From positions 1 to 61,363 of the forward strand of contig JAJPJW010000211.1 of assembly GCA_021324075.1 (NCBI GenBank): 61,363 nucleotides of DNA, given 5' to 3'. A model generated the notes under the pieces. That model searched no databases. It was not told the origin of the DNA and saw nothing but the letters and a program-made list of their open reading frames with translations. Shown in pieces: positions 20,220 to 30,860 of this stretch (within the stretch, counting starts at the first letter, position 1; every line of letters starts with the position of its first letter). Source of the DNA: Pseudomonadota bacterium (GTDB lineage: Bacteria > Oederibacteriota > Muellerivitia > Muellerivitales > Muellerivitaceae). A program made the position numbers and the translations under genes.

Positions 20220-20627
20220 GTGAAAAAGGCGGGCTGGAATGTGTTTCTTTTATTGGTCCTGACCCTCTTGGGTGGTTGTTCGCTTTCACCCGAGGACAAG
20301 GTTGCCAGGGAACAGGCCCTGCAACAGGCGGTTCTTTCCTTCGCGTCGGATGTGGTTCAGGGCGGCTGGCCCCAGGCCTATGCCCTGACCGATGGGTCCC
20401 TTGGGAGTGCGGATCAATTGAAAAACCAGCTCATGAAAAGCTGGGTCCAAGACGCCACCCTTACCAATGGTGACATCACTTCGCTGGCATGGGTAACCGA
20501 CAGCACGGCGAAGGTCAAACTGACCTGGAGTTTCCAGGCCGGCAGCGTACAAAGTTTTTCCAACGAAACCTTCGTCTGGGTATGGAAAGGAAACGGCTGG
20601 AAATATAAGGGAAGGGCTTTGCGGTAA
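20220..20627 (+). CDS. Hypothetical lipoprotein
   Basis: AGGAGG SD, GTG start, signal peptide with LGGC lipobox. Confidence 0.75.
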   Translation: MKKAGWNVFLLLVLTLLGGCSLSPEDKVAREQALQQAVLSFASDVVQGGWPQAYALTDGSLGSADQLKNQLMKSWVQDATLTNGDITSLAWVTDSTAKVKLTWSFQAGSVQSFSNETFVWVWKGNGWKYKGRALR

Positions 20628-20644
20628 AAGCCGGCATCAAAACC

Positions 20645-20680
20645 AAAAAAAGCCACTTGTCGGAAGGACAAGTGGCTTTT
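20645..20680. terminator. Bidirectional intrinsic terminator between convergent lipoprotein gene and rpmB
   Basis: AAAAGCCACTTGTC-GGAAG-GACAAGTGGCTTTT 14-bp stem with A/T tails. Confidence 0.85.
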
Positions 20681-20707
20681 GTGTTTTACCCCGGTTTGGC
20701 AGCCTTT

Positions 20708-20956
20708 TTAAGAAGCCTTTTTGACAGCCTGGCGTTTCTGGACCTTGCCGGAACGCAGGCAACGGGTGCAGACCAAAATGCGTTGGGGGCGGCCATCCAC
20801 GATAGCACGGATGGTTTGAAGATTGGGCATTTGGCGCCGCAGATGCACGCCGGTGATGTTCAACCCGATCCCGCCTTCCTTCTTGGATTTACCGCGACGG
20901 GTGATCTTACGGGCCTTGATGGGGCCCTTGGAACAGATGTCACAAACTTGAGCCAT
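20708..20956 (-). CDS. rpmB: 50S ribosomal protein L28 (Zn-binding form)
   Basis: MAQVCDIC...RRQMPNLQ...VCTRCLRSGKV; GAGGAG SD. Confidence 0.95.
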   Translation of the reverse strand: MAQVCDICSKGPIKARKITRRGKSKKEGGIGLNITGVHLRRQMPNLQTIRAIVDGRPQRILVCTRCLRSGKVQKRQAVKKAS

Positions 20957-20990
20957 GGAACTACTCCTCTTTGATGAGCATAGGGGCGGC

Positions 20991-21020
20991 ATTATACGCA
21001 AAGGATTTTGCAATAAACAA
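20991..21020 (-). promoter_or_regulatory. Sigma70-type promoter of rpmB
   Basis: TTGTTT-N18-TATAAT on minus strand followed by GC-rich discriminator GCCGCCCC. Confidence 0.55.
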
Positions 21021-21089
21021 GCTTTTTTCGCGGCTTTTGCCCATGAAACTTGGGGTCTATGATGGCCCATCCTTCTGAGGTGGTTTGGA

Positions 21090-23478
21090 ATGCTTTCCTT
21101 GCATCAACAACTTGAAAACTGTTTGAAACCGCTCCGTTTGGAGGCAAAGCAGGGATTCACCAACCAATCGGTGATCAAAGGGTTGGACCGCTATTTGATG
21201 GGACAATGCGAAGAACTGCTAAAAGCGGGACAGGTGGATGGGGAGTTTTCAACCTACTTAAAGGCCCTTCGAAGCTCTTTTTCCCAATACATGACCTATT
21301 CTCCCGACGAGAGGCGGGAGTTGGTGGAAAAAACACAGAAGCAAATCACCGACTGGATCAAGAAAATCCCGGCGCCGGCGTTGCCCCCAACAAAGCGGAC
21401 CTCTGCCGAGAAACAAAGCCTTTTGGATCTGGTGCTGCCGTTTGTTTCCAAGGATAAGGTCCGGGCTTTTCACCTGACGGGCCTCAAGACGGTGGAGGAT
21501 TTACTGCATTATCCCCCCAAGTGGGCGGTTAACCGCAGTTCCTTTACCCCGATTGCTCAATGCGAAAACCGGGATGAGCCCTACTTTATCCTGGCCCGTA
21601 TCAACGGTGTTTCCCAAGTGAGGCGCGGGCGCTTGGAAACGGTCAAGGTGGTTTTGCAAGACGCCAGCGGCCATTTAAGCTGGGTGTGGTTCAACCGTCC
21701 TTATTTGAAAAAGGAACTGACCAACGGAAGGTGGGTCCTCCTCCATGAAACGCCCCAAGTTTCCAAATGGGGCCGGCAGGTGGTTGGGAAAGCGGAGACT
21801 TTTGAGTTCCTGGCGCCCGAGGAGGAACAGTCCCTTCGGGACGGCAAGACCCTGGTCTTTTACCCTTCCACGGCCACCTTGACGCAATCCTTTTGGCGGA
21901 AACTCGTTGGAACGGCATTGGATAAATATCGGGACGCCCTTCCTCAAACGACCATGGAAAATTCGCCTTTTGGGGAAAATCGGCTTGGCGGACGCCATTC
22001 GCGAAATCCACCGGCCGGCGGCCTTGGAATCCTTTGAGCAGGCCCGCAAAAGGCTGGCGTTCGAAGAGCTTTTGACCCTTCAAACTTTTCTTATTGTTAA
22101 GCGGAGGGCCATCGAAAAGCGTGAAAAGAGACGACAGTACCAATTTGACGGGGAACGGATTGTTGAATTTAGAAAAACAATCCCTTATGAGCCGACGAAT
22201 GCGCAAAAAAGGGCGGTAAAGGAAATCCGGGAAACCCTCGCAAAGCCCTACCCGATGAACCTCTTATTGCAAGGGGACGTTGGAAGTGGAAAAACCCTGG
22301 TGGCCGCCATCTCCTGCCTTTATGCGGCGGATTCTGGCCTTCAGAGCGCTTTTATGGCGCCCACTGAAATACTTGCCCAGCAACATTATTTGAATTTAGA
22401 GAAACTCATGGCCCCACTTGGAGTGAAAATCCTTTTGTTGACGAGCGATATGCGGTCCAAGACTAAAAGGGAGACATTGGAAGCCCTCGAAAAAGGGAAA
22501 GTTGATGTGGCGGTTGGGACCCACGCCTTATTGGAAGAAGCGGTGAAATTCAAGAATCTTGGTTTTTTGGTGATCGATGAAAGGCACAAGTTCGGCGTCC
22601 TTCAAAGGGCGGCCTTGGAGTCCAAGGGGAAATGGCCTGATTGTCTCATGATGACCGCGACTCCCTTTCCGCGGGCCTTGGTCCTAACGGAGTACGGGGA
22701 TACGGACCTCTCCATTTTGGACGAGTTCCCGAAAGGGCGGAAAGGCATTAAGACCTTCTGGCGAAACGATTCGAAAAGGGATGAAGTCTACCAATTCGCC
22801 AAGGAAAGGATCTTAAAAGGCGAGCAGGTTTTCTGGGTTTTACCGGTGGTTGAGGAATCCAAGACCTTTTTAAAATCCGCGATCCAAATGTACCAACACT
22901 TCCAGAAGGAAATATTCCATGGGTTCAAAGTGGGGTTGTTGCATGGAAAGATGAAAAAGGACGAAAAGGAAGCCGTAATGGATGCCTTTAAGAAAAAAGA
23001 AATCCAGATTTTGGTTTCGACAACGGTGGTGGAAGTGGGAATCGATGTTCCGAACGCCACCCTCATGGTGATCGAACACGCGGAACGCTTCGGCCTGGCC
23101 CAGCTTCACCAACTGCGGGGAAGGGTCGGGAGGGGAAGTGAACAGTCCTATTGTTTCCTATTGACCTCACCGGTCATTTCCGGCGAAGCCATTCAACGAA
23201 TGAAAATCATGGTTTCCACCCTCGATGGCTTCAAGTTATCCGAATTCGACCTTAAAATGCGGGGACCGGGAGAAATCTTCGGCCTTGCCCAGTCTGGCCG
23301 GCGTGAAGGGGGCATTGTTGACTTGAAGCGGGATGTGGATGTGGTGGATGAAGCCCGGAGGGTGGCATTGGAGATCCTGGACAGGGATCCAAAGTTAACG
23401 AGCTTTCAAAATCAAAGCTTGAAATACAGTTTGGATTCGAAGTACCGAAATCTGCTGGATTTGGCCCAAATTTCTTAA
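21090..23478 (+). CDS. recG: ATP-dependent DNA helicase RecG, split by a single frameshift near 21970 (error or pseudogene)
   Basis: ORF 21090-22037 carries the wedge/OB part (TVEDLLHYPP, WFNRPYL); ORF ending 23478 carries LLQGDVGSGKT, MAPTEILAQQH, QLHQLRGRVGRG, RGPGE; rpmB-recG-rsmD-coaD synteny. Confidence 0.9.
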
Positions 23479-23488
23479 GAGGCAAATT

Positions 23489-24076
23489 GTGCGCATCATT
23501 GCGGGTAGATTCAAAAGCCGGACGGTTAAAGCGCCCAAGAACATGCGGATTCGTCCCACCTCGGACAAGGTCAAGGGCGCGCTTTTTAACATGCTCGAAC
23601 CTATCGGGGGTTGCAGCGTGGTGGACTTTTATGCCGGCACGGGAAACCTGGGGTTGGAAGCCTTAAGCCGCGGCGCCGGTGAAGTGGTATTCGTTGAAAA
23701 GGCGCCGGACAGCCTGAAACTGATATCAGAGAACCTTCAAAGCTTCGAAATTAATCCACGGAATCCCAACGAACACGTCCGTGTCATCCCCTCCGAGGTT
23801 TCCAAGGCCTTTTATTTGCTCCATCAAGAGGGCAAAAAGTTTGATATTCTACTGGCCGATCCTCCTTATGAAACAGGGATCTTGAAACGCCTTCAACATC
23901 TTTTGATGGAGTACCCGATTTTAAAAGACGGCGGTATTTTCGCTGTCGAGCACGGCCAGAAGGATACGGAACTGGAAGGGAATTTCCCTTACCCCTTGGT
24001 TCGGCAGAAAAAATACGGTGATACGCTTTTAACTTTGTTTAAAAACAGCCCCGATAGTTCCCCGGAAGGCGATTGA
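23489..24076 (+). CDS. rsmD: 16S rRNA (G966-N2) methyltransferase RsmD
   Basis: MRIIAG, RPTSDKVK, YAGTGNLGLEALSRGA, DPPY. Confidence 0.93.
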   Translation: MRIIAGRFKSRTVKAPKNMRIRPTSDKVKGALFNMLEPIGGCSVVDFYAGTGNLGLEALSRGAGEVVFVEKAPDSLKLISENLQSFEINPRNPNEHVRVIPSEVSKAFYLLHQEGKKFDILLADPPYETGILKRLQHLLMEYPILKDGGIFAVEHGQKDTELEGNFPYPLVRQKKYGDTLLTLFKNSPDSSPEGD

Positions 24077-24087
24077 GAGGACAAAAC

Positions 24088-24573
24088 TTGGCGAAGAAAA
24101 CAATCATCGGACTTTATCCCGGGTCCTTCGATCCTGTCACCAACGGCCATTTGGACATTGCCCAAAGGGCCCATAAAATCTGTGATCAATTGCATATTGC
24201 GGTAGTGGCCAATCCCTCAAAAAAAGTCCTTTTTTCGGTGGAGGAAAGGGTTGATTTCTTGAAAAAAACAACCCGGCATTTGCCGAAGGTGGTCATCTCC
24301 TCCTTCAACGGTCTTTTGGTGGATTACGCCCGCCACATCAAAGCCGGCATGATTTTCCGGGGTTTGAGGGCTGTAGCCGATTTCGAGTACGAATTCCAAA
24401 TGGCCCTCATCAACCGGAGCCTTTACCACGGTATTGAAATTGTTTTTTTGGTCCCAAACGAGAAGTTCATTTTCCTCTCCTCCAGCGCCATCAAAGAAGT
24501 CGCCATGCTCAAAGGCGATGTCAGCGGATTCGTCCCGGCGGTGGTTGAAAAAGCCTTGCGCAAGATTTATTAA
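24088..24573 (+). CDS. coaD: Pantetheine-phosphate adenylyltransferase
   Basis: YPGSFDPVTNGH, RGLRAVADFEYE, SSS. Confidence 0.96.
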   Translation: MAKKTIIGLYPGSFDPVTNGHLDIAQRAHKICDQLHIAVVANPSKKVLFSVEERVDFLKKTTRHLPKVVISSFNGLLVDYARHIKAGMIFRGLRAVADFEYEFQMALINRSLYHGIEIVFLVPNEKFIFLSSSAIKEVAMLKGDVSGFVPAVVEKALRKIY

Positions 24574-24655
24574 TCATCCTGACGGTTTTATTTTCTGATC
24601 CCTAGCGTTCCTTGTTAAACCCCTTGTAAACAGGCCCTGAAATAAGGGTATTTTC

Positions 24656-24685
24656 TTGACACCCCAAGAGCGGCATTCCTATAAT
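24656..24685 (+). promoter_or_regulatory. Consensus sigma70 promoter of yceD-rpmF-plsX-fab operon
   Basis: TTGACA-N18-TATAAT. Confidence 0.8.
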
Positions 24686-24804
24686 CCCCCCTGCTTTTAA
24701 GGCGGTCCCGGGTTGTCACCCTCCATTTTTGGCCTTAAATTGAAGCAAATCGAATGGATTGCGAACAGCAAAAGGCTGTGGCATGGAAGGGAGGCGGCGC
24801 AAAG

Positions 24805-25320
24805 ATGTTGAAGGTTGAAATGCGCTCGCTGGAACAAGAAGACCTTGTTTTAGAGGAAAAAGACTGGGCCCAGGCTTTGGGGATCGAGTTAACCCCCGAA
24901 TTGTGCCGGGAACCGCTTGAAATCTATTGTGAGCTCTCCAAAAACGGGGATGTGATTTCAGCCAAGGGCTGGGTTCAAAGCAAAATGGTCCTGGAATGTG
25001 ACCGTTGCCTGAAAGGTTTTGAAAGCTGGTTTAAGTCTTTTTTCGAAGTCCATTACCGGCCCCAATGCCAGGAAATGGAAACCGAAGAGGAGTTTCCCGA
25101 AGAGCAATTCGAAGTTGTGTATTTTGACGGGGATATCCTGGATATCGCCGACCAGATCCGCCAGACCGTGCTGTTGTCCGTCCCTATGAGGGCCCTCTGT
25201 CGTGATGACTGTCGGGGCCTTTGCGGCGGCTGTGGATGTGACTTGAATGTGGAATCCTGCCAGTGCCAGGAACCGCCCGCCGATCCCCGGTGGGATGCAC
25301 TAAAAAAACTGAAATTTTGA
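24805..25320 (+). CDS. yceD: DUF177/YceD family protein
   Basis: CDRCL, PMRALCRDDCRGLCGGCG, DPRWDALKKL; directly before rpmF. Confidence 0.9.
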   Translation: MLKVEMRSLEQEDLVLEEKDWAQALGIELTPELCREPLEIYCELSKNGDVISAKGWVQSKMVLECDRCLKGFESWFKSFFEVHYRPQCQEMETEEEFPEEQFEVVYFDGDILDIADQIRQTVLLSVPMRALCRDDCRGLCGGCGCDLNVESCQCQEPPADPRWDALKKLKF

Positions 25321-25365
25321 GATGTCAAAATTAACGTTTTAAATTTGTGATTTTTGGAGGTTGTC

Positions 25366-25548
25366 ATGGCTAATCCAAAGCGTCGGCATTCCCGCCAGCG
25401 CCGGGACAAGCGCCGCACTAATTGGAAGATCAAGACGAATTCGCTCTCGGTTTGCCCCCAGTGCAAAAGCGCCAAATTGCCCCATCGGGTCTGTCCTACC
25501 TGCGGTTACTACAAAGGCAAAGAAGTCGTCAGCGTTGATATTGCCTAA
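25366..25548 (+). CDS. rpmF: 50S ribosomal protein L32
   Basis: MANPKRRHS...CPQC...PHRVCPTCGYYKG; GGAGG SD. Confidence 0.96.
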   Translation: MANPKRRHSRQRRDKRRTNWKIKTNSLSVCPQCKSAKLPHRVCPTCGYYKGKEVVSVDIA

Positions 25549-25560
25549 CCAACCCTAACA

Positions 25561-26616
25561 ATGAGAATTGCCCTTGATGCCATGGGTGGCGACTTCGCCC
25601 CGCGGGAAACCGTCCAAGGGGCCGTCCTCGCCGTGCAGGATGCGGAAGTCCTCGGCATGGCCAACCACGATTTGGAAGTCGTGCTGGTTGGGCGCAAAGA
25701 GGACATTGAGAAGGAACTTTCCGGAGCCGGGAAATACCCCCAAAAATCCATTTCCATCCTGGACGCAAGGGAAGTGGTGGAAATGGGGGAAAGTCCCGCC
25801 CAGGCCTGCAAACAGAAAAGGGATTCTTCGGTCGTCCGCTGCGCCGAGCTTGTCAAAAAAGGCCAAGTGGCGGCCACCGTATCGGCGGGTAATTCGGGTG
25901 CAACCATGGCCGCGGCCTTGATGATGTGCGGCCGGCTTGATGGTGTCCTCCGCCCCGCTATTGTCACCATGGTTCCCAGCGTTCAGGGCATCTCGGTCCT
26001 GGTGGATGCGGGCGCCAATGTGGATTGCAAGGCCAAGCATCTTCTTCAGTTCGCCTTGATGGGCGACGTTTTCGCCCGCACGGTGTTGAATTTCAAGAAT
26101 CCCCGGGTCGGGTTGCTTTCCATTGGGGAAGAGGAAACCAAAGGCAATGAGTTGGTTTTCGAAGCACAGGCCCTTCTGAAAAAAGTTCCCTTGAGCTATA
26201 TCGGCAATGTAGAAGGCCGGGATATCGTCAACGGTAATTGCGATGTGACGGTTTGCGACGGCTTTGTCGGCAATGTGACCTTAAAAGCCATCGAAGGCGT
26301 AGGGGAACTGGTTTATAAACTTCTCAAGAAGGAAATGAGCTCGAACCTTTTTACTTTGGTGGGAGGGCTTCTGGCTGCACCCGCTTTCCGGAGGTTTAAG
26401 CGCAGCATTGATTATAAGGAATACGGCGGAGCGCCCCTTTTGGGCATCGATGGACTGAGCCTGATTTCACACGGTAAATCAAACTCGGTGGCCATTAAGA
26501 ACGCCATCCGGGCCACATTGCGCTGTGTCAACAAGGACATGAACGGGTTCTTGAAGGACCAAATCCTCAAATACGGGCAGGTCATAGACAAGCCCGAACC
26601 GAAAGCGGGAAACTAA
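25561..26616 (+). CDS. plsX: Phosphate acyltransferase PlsX
   Basis: IALDAMGGD, SAGNSGA, DAGAN, GNVEGRD, DGFVGN, HGKS. Confidence 0.96.
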   Translation: MRIALDAMGGDFAPRETVQGAVLAVQDAEVLGMANHDLEVVLVGRKEDIEKELSGAGKYPQKSISILDAREVVEMGESPAQACKQKRDSSVVRCAELVKKGQVAATVSAGNSGATMAAALMMCGRLDGVLRPAIVTMVPSVQGISVLVDAGANVDCKAKHLLQFALMGDVFARTVLNFKNPRVGLLSIGEEETKGNELVFEAQALLKKVPLSYIGNVEGRDIVNGNCDVTVCDGFVGNVTLKAIEGVGELVYKLLKKEMSSNLFTLVGGLLAAPAFRRFKRSIDYKEYGGAPLLGIDGLSLISHGKSNSVAIKNAIRATLRCVNKDMNGFLKDQILKYGQVIDKPEPKAGN

Positions 26617-26617
26617 C

Positions 26618-27610
26618 TTGAGCCATAAAATCCACGCAGGCTTCTTGGGAACGGGGTCCTACCTTCCGGAGAAGATCCTGACCAACCAGGACATGGAAAA
26701 AATCGTCGAGACGTCCGATGAATGGATCGTTACCCGAACCGGGATCCGGGAACGCCATGTGGCCGCGCCCAACCAATTCACTTCGGATATGGCGGTCGAG
26801 GCGGCCAAGGTCGCCCTGGCGGACGCCAAGCTCAAAGCTACGGATTTGGATTTGATCATCGTGGCCACCATTACTCCCGACACGCCCACCCCGGCCACCG
26901 CTTGCTGGGTGCAAAGCAAACTGGGAGCTTTCCAGGCCGCCGCCTTTGACTTGTCGGCGGCTTGTTCAGGATTTGTCTACGGCTTGACGGTGGCCAAGGC
27001 ATTCGTCGAAAGCGGGACTTACAAGCATATCCTTCTGATTGGTGCCGAAAAGCTGACCGCTTTTATCGATTGGAAGGATCGGGGCACTTGTGTTCTTTTC
27101 GGCGACGGCGCCGGGGCCACTATTATCGGGCCGGTGGATGAAGGCCACCACCAGATCCTTTCCTCTTTCATGGCGGCCAACGGCAACGAGGCCGATCTTT
27201 TAAAGATCCCCGGTGGGGGGTGCCGCGTTCCAAGTTCCAAAGAATCGATCGAACAAAGCCTCCACACGCTTAAAATGGAAGGCAAAGAAATATTCAAAAC
27301 GGCCGTGAAAGTCATGAGCGAAGCGACCCTGGAGGCCGCCCAAAGGGCGGGGTTGAAACTCGAAGACTTTTCATTGGTTATTCCTCACCAAGCCAACATC
27401 CGCATCATCCAGGCCATTGGTGAAAGGCTGAAGCTGGATCCGAACAAACTCTTTATCAACCTGGACAAGATCGGCAATACTTCCGCGGCTTCGGTCATCA
27501 TCGCCCTGGATGAGGCTATTAAAAAGGGTAGGGTAAAGAAAGGCGACCATTTGGCCCTTGTGGCTTTTGGGGCGGGCACCACCCTGGCCTCTTGCGCGGT
27601 CAGGTGGTGA
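26618..27610 (+). CDS. fabH: Beta-ketoacyl-ACP synthase III
   Basis: AACSGF, FGDGAGA, PHQAN, GNTSAAS. Confidence 0.96.
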   Translation: MSHKIHAGFLGTGSYLPEKILTNQDMEKIVETSDEWIVTRTGIRERHVAAPNQFTSDMAVEAAKVALADAKLKATDLDLIIVATITPDTPTPATACWVQSKLGAFQAAAFDLSAACSGFVYGLTVAKAFVESGTYKHILLIGAEKLTAFIDWKDRGTCVLFGDGAGATIIGPVDEGHHQILSSFMAANGNEADLLKIPGGGCRVPSSKESIEQSLHTLKMEGKEIFKTAVKVMSEATLEAAQRAGLKLEDFSLVIPHQANIRIIQAIGERLKLDPNKLFINLDKIGNTSAASVIIALDEAIKKGRVKKGDHLALVAFGAGTTLASCAVRW

Positions 27611-27612
27611 CC

Positions 27613-28536
27613 ATGAAACAAGCTTTCGTATTCCCGGGACAAGGTTCCCAATCCGTAGGGATGGGGAAAGACCTTTTTGAAAACTATCCCGAATGCCGCG
27701 AGGTTTTTGAAAAGGCCGACCAGGCCTTGGGTTTTTCACTCTCGGGCCTTTGTTTTGAGGGGCCGGAGGAAGAATTGAAGAAAACAACCAATACCCAACC
27801 CGCCCTTTTGACTTGTTCTACGGCAGTCCTGGCCGTGCTTCGAAAAAACAACGTCCCATTTGAAGCCGTTTCCGGCCACAGCCTGGGGGCCTATAGCGCC
27901 CTCGTGGCTGCCCAAGCCCTGGCTTTCGTGGATGCAGTCAAATTGGTCCGCAAGAGGGGGGAATTGATGGAGGAGGCGGGGAAAGGCCGAGGCACAATGG
28001 CCGTGATCCTGAACCTGGAAGAGGACAAAGTGGCCCAAGCCTGCCGGGAAGCCTCTTCGCAGGGCGTTGTGGAACCTGCCAACGTCAATTGCCCTGGCCA
28101 AATTGTGATTTCCGGGGAAAAGGCCGCCGTAGCGGCAGCTTGCGAAAAAGCCAAGGCCCTGGGGGCCAAAAGGGCCATGGAGCTTCCTGTCAGCGGCCCC
28201 TTTCATAGTTCCCTCATGAAACAGGCGGCGGACGGACTCTCGAAAATCCTCGAGACCGTTCAGTTTTCCGCGCCACAAGTCACCTATTATTCCGATATTG
28301 ACTCGATTCCCATGGGCGACCCGGCTTTGATAAAGGCGAGCCTGGTCCGGCAATTGATGGCTCCAGTGCAATGGATTAAAACAATCGAAAATATGAACCG
28401 GGACGGTTTTACGGCCTTTGTGGAGGTCGGCCCCGGCAAGGTTTTGAACGGCCTTATCAAGAAGATTTCCAAAGATGCCGTGGTCGCAAACGCCGGCGAT
28501 GTGGAATCCATTAAGCAGGTTGGCGAGGCAAAATGA
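27613..28536 (+). CDS. fabD: Malonyl-CoA-ACP transacylase
   Basis: FPGQGSQ, TQPAL, GHSLG, SGPFHS, EVGPGKVL. Confidence 0.96.
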   Translation: MKQAFVFPGQGSQSVGMGKDLFENYPECREVFEKADQALGFSLSGLCFEGPEEELKKTTNTQPALLTCSTAVLAVLRKNNVPFEAVSGHSLGAYSALVAAQALAFVDAVKLVRKRGELMEEAGKGRGTMAVILNLEEDKVAQACREASSQGVVEPANVNCPGQIVISGEKAAVAAACEKAKALGAKRAMELPVSGPFHSSLMKQAADGLSKILETVQFSAPQVTYYSDIDSIPMGDPALIKASLVRQLMAPVQWIKTIENMNRDGFTAFVEVGPGKVLNGLIKKISKDAVVANAGDVESIKQVGEAK

Positions 28537-29276
28537 ACTTAAAAGATAAAACCGTGGTTGTAACCGGCGGAAACCGGGGCATTGGAAAAGCCATCGCTTT
28601 GGCCTTTGCCCAACAAGGGGCGGCCGTAGCCATTTGCGGCACCAATGAAACGACTTTAAAAGAAACATCCGCTGAAGTCGAAAGGGTCGGCGCGGCCAAG
28701 AGTCTTGGCCACAAAGTCGACGTTTCAAAAGAAGATCAAGTTGAGGCTTTCACAAAATCCGTCCTTGAAGCCTTTGGCAAGGTTGATATCCTCGTCAACA
28801 ACGCGGGGATCACGAAGGACAACCTGCTCCTCCGCATGAGCGAACAGGACTGGGAAGACGTATTGAACATCAACCTCAAAAGCGCTTTTTTAATGACCAA
28901 ACACTTCGTGAAACCCATGATGAAGGCCCGGCGGGGCCGGATCATCAACATCACTTCCGTCAGCGGGGTCAAAGGAAACGCGGGCCAGGCCAATTATGCC
29001 GCCAGCAAAGCGGGGTTAATTGGGCTGACCAAGACGACCGCCAGGGAATTTGCCAGCCGGGGCATTACCTGCAATGCCATCGCGCCAGGATTCATCCAGA
29101 CGGATATGACGAGTGCACTGGGAGAAAAAGCATTGGCTGAAGTGACCACCCAAATTCCTCTAGGGTTTTTAGGCGAAACATCGGATATCGCCAATACGGT
29201 TTTATTTTTTGCCTCGGACGAAGCCAGGTATATTACGGGACAAGTTATTTGCGTTGATGGTGGAATGGTGATATAA
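28533..29276 (+). CDS. fabG: 3-oxoacyl-ACP reductase
   Basis: TGGNRGIG, NNAGIT, GQANYAASK, PGFI. Confidence 0.96.
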   Translation: MNLKDKTVVVTGGNRGIGKAIALAFAQQGAAVAICGTNETTLKETSAEVERVGAAKSLGHKVDVSKEDQVEAFTKSVLEAFGKVDILVNNAGITKDNLLLRMSEQDWEDVLNINLKSAFLMTKHFVKPMMKARRGRIINITSVSGVKGNAGQANYAASKAGLIGLTKTTAREFASRGITCNAIAPGFIQTDMTSALGEKALAEVTTQIPLGFLGETSDIANTVLFFASDEARYITGQVICVDGGMVI

Positions 29277-29354
29277 GGGTCTGCTTTTCGCAGGGCTGTT
29301 GAAAAGGGCCGTTTTTTGCATAAGATGGGCACAATTTTCATGGAGGTGAAAAAG

Positions 29355-29591
29355 ATGGCTATTGAAGATAAGGTGAAGGAAATCATCGTCGATCAACTGG
29401 GCGTGGAACCCGAGCAGGTGAAGCCCGAAGCCTCCTTTATCGATGACCTGGGCGCGGATTCATTGGACACCGTCGAATTGGTCATGGCTTTTGAGGAAGA
29501 GTTCGACCTGGAAATTCCCGATGAAGATGCCGAGAAGATCAAATCGGTCGGGGACGCAATCAACTACATTAAGTCCAAAGCCTCGGAGTAA
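29355..29591 (+). CDS. acpP: Acyl carrier protein
   Basis: [20 protein letters not shown]; GGAGGTG SD. Confidence 0.97.
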   Translation: MAIEDKVKEIIVDQLGVEPEQVKPEASFIDDLGADSLDTVELVMAFEEEFDLEIPDEDAEKIKSVGDAINYIKSKASE

Positions 29592-29615
29592 ATTTCCCTG
29601 TCGCCGGAGGAAGCC

Positions 29616-30860
29616 TTGAAAAGAGTCGTCATCACCGGTTTGGGGGCAGTCACCCCCAACGGAAACAACCCCACTGATTTTTTTACCAACATTTGCGATG
29701 GGAAAAGCGGCATTGGAACGATCACCCGTTTCGATCCTTCACGCGTTCCCAGCAAAATCGGCGGGGAGGTCAAGGACTTCGACCCGGTCAAGTTCGGTAT
29801 CGAGAAAAAAGACGTCCGCAAGATGGATTATTTCGTCCAGTTCGCCGTGGCGGCCAGCCTGCAGGCTGTTGCCGATGCCAAGCTGGACATGGGCAAGGAA
29901 GACAAAACCCGCGTTGGGGTCCTGATCGGTTCCGGCATCGGGGGGCTTCCTGTTTTGGTGGAACAACACGCCCGACTCATTGAAAAGGGGCCGGACCGGG
30001 TGTCCCCATTCCTGATTCCCATGATGATCATCAACATGGCCTCGGGAATGACTTCCATTTATCTTCAGGCTCAGGGGCCGAACACCTCGACGGTTTCCGC
30101 TTGCTCTTCGGGAGCCCATGCCATCGGGGAAGCGATGCGTTGGATCCAAAAAGGGGAAGCCGACGTCGTTATTGCGGGCGGGACGGAAGCCTGCATCACC
30201 GAATTGGGATATGCCGGCTTTTGCAACATGAACGCCCTTTGCATGGACTTCAACGACAGCCCCACGAAGGGAAGCAGGCCTTTCGACAAAAACCGTTGTG
30301 GTTTTGTCATGGGGGAAGGCGCCGGCATTGTGGTGCTGGAGTCCCTCGAGCATGCCCAAGCCCGTGGCGCCAAGATCTACGCGGAAGCCATTGGCTATGG
30401 AACCACCTCGGACGCTTACCACATGACCACGCCCGCCGAAAACGGCGAAGGTGCCGCCCGGGCGATGCAACTGGCTTTGAAGGACGCAAAAATGGGCCCG
30501 GAAAAAATTGACTATATCAACGCCCACGGTACTTCCACACCCTATAACGACAAGTTTGAGACCATGGCGATCAAGACTGTGTTTGGGGAACAGGCCAAGA
30601 AGGTTGCCATCTCTTCAACCAAATCCAGCACGGGACATCTTTTGGGCGCCGCGGGCGGAATCGAGTACGTTGCCTGTGTCATGGCCATTCAAAAGGGAGT
30701 ATTGCCCCCCACCATCAACCTGGAGTTTCCAGATCCGGATTGCGATTTGGATTACATCCCGAATCAAAAGCGCTCCCAAACCGTAAATATTTGCCTTTCC
30801 AATTCCCTGGGATTTGGCGGCCACAATGTCTCTCTCATTGTTCAAAAATTTAATTCCTAA
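29616..30860 (+). CDS. fabF: Beta-ketoacyl-ACP synthase II
   Basis: [42 protein letters not shown]. Confidence 0.96.
   Translation: MKRVVITGLGAVTPNGNNPTDFFTNICDGKSGIGTITRFDPSRVPSKIGGEVKDFDPVKFGIEKKDVRKMDYFVQFAVAASLQAVADAKLDMGKEDKTRVGVLIGSGIGGLPVLVEQHARLIEKGPDRVSPFLIPMMIINMASGMTSIYLQAQGPNTSTVSACSSGAHAIGEAMRWIQKGEADVVIAGGTEACITELGYAGFCNMNALCMDFNDSPTKGSRPFDKNRCGFVMGEGAGIVVLESLEHAQARGAKIYAEAIGYGTTSDAYHMTTPAENGEGAARAMQLALKDAKMGPEKIDYINAHGTSTPYNDKFETMAIKTVFGEQAKKVAISSTKSSTGHLLGAAGGIEYVACVMAIQKGVLPPTINLEFPDPDCDLDYIPNQKRSQTVNICLSNSLGFGGHNVSLIVQKFNS

Noticed and set aside
20657-20974. 105-aa plus-strand ORF
   Set aside because: Antisense to rpmB
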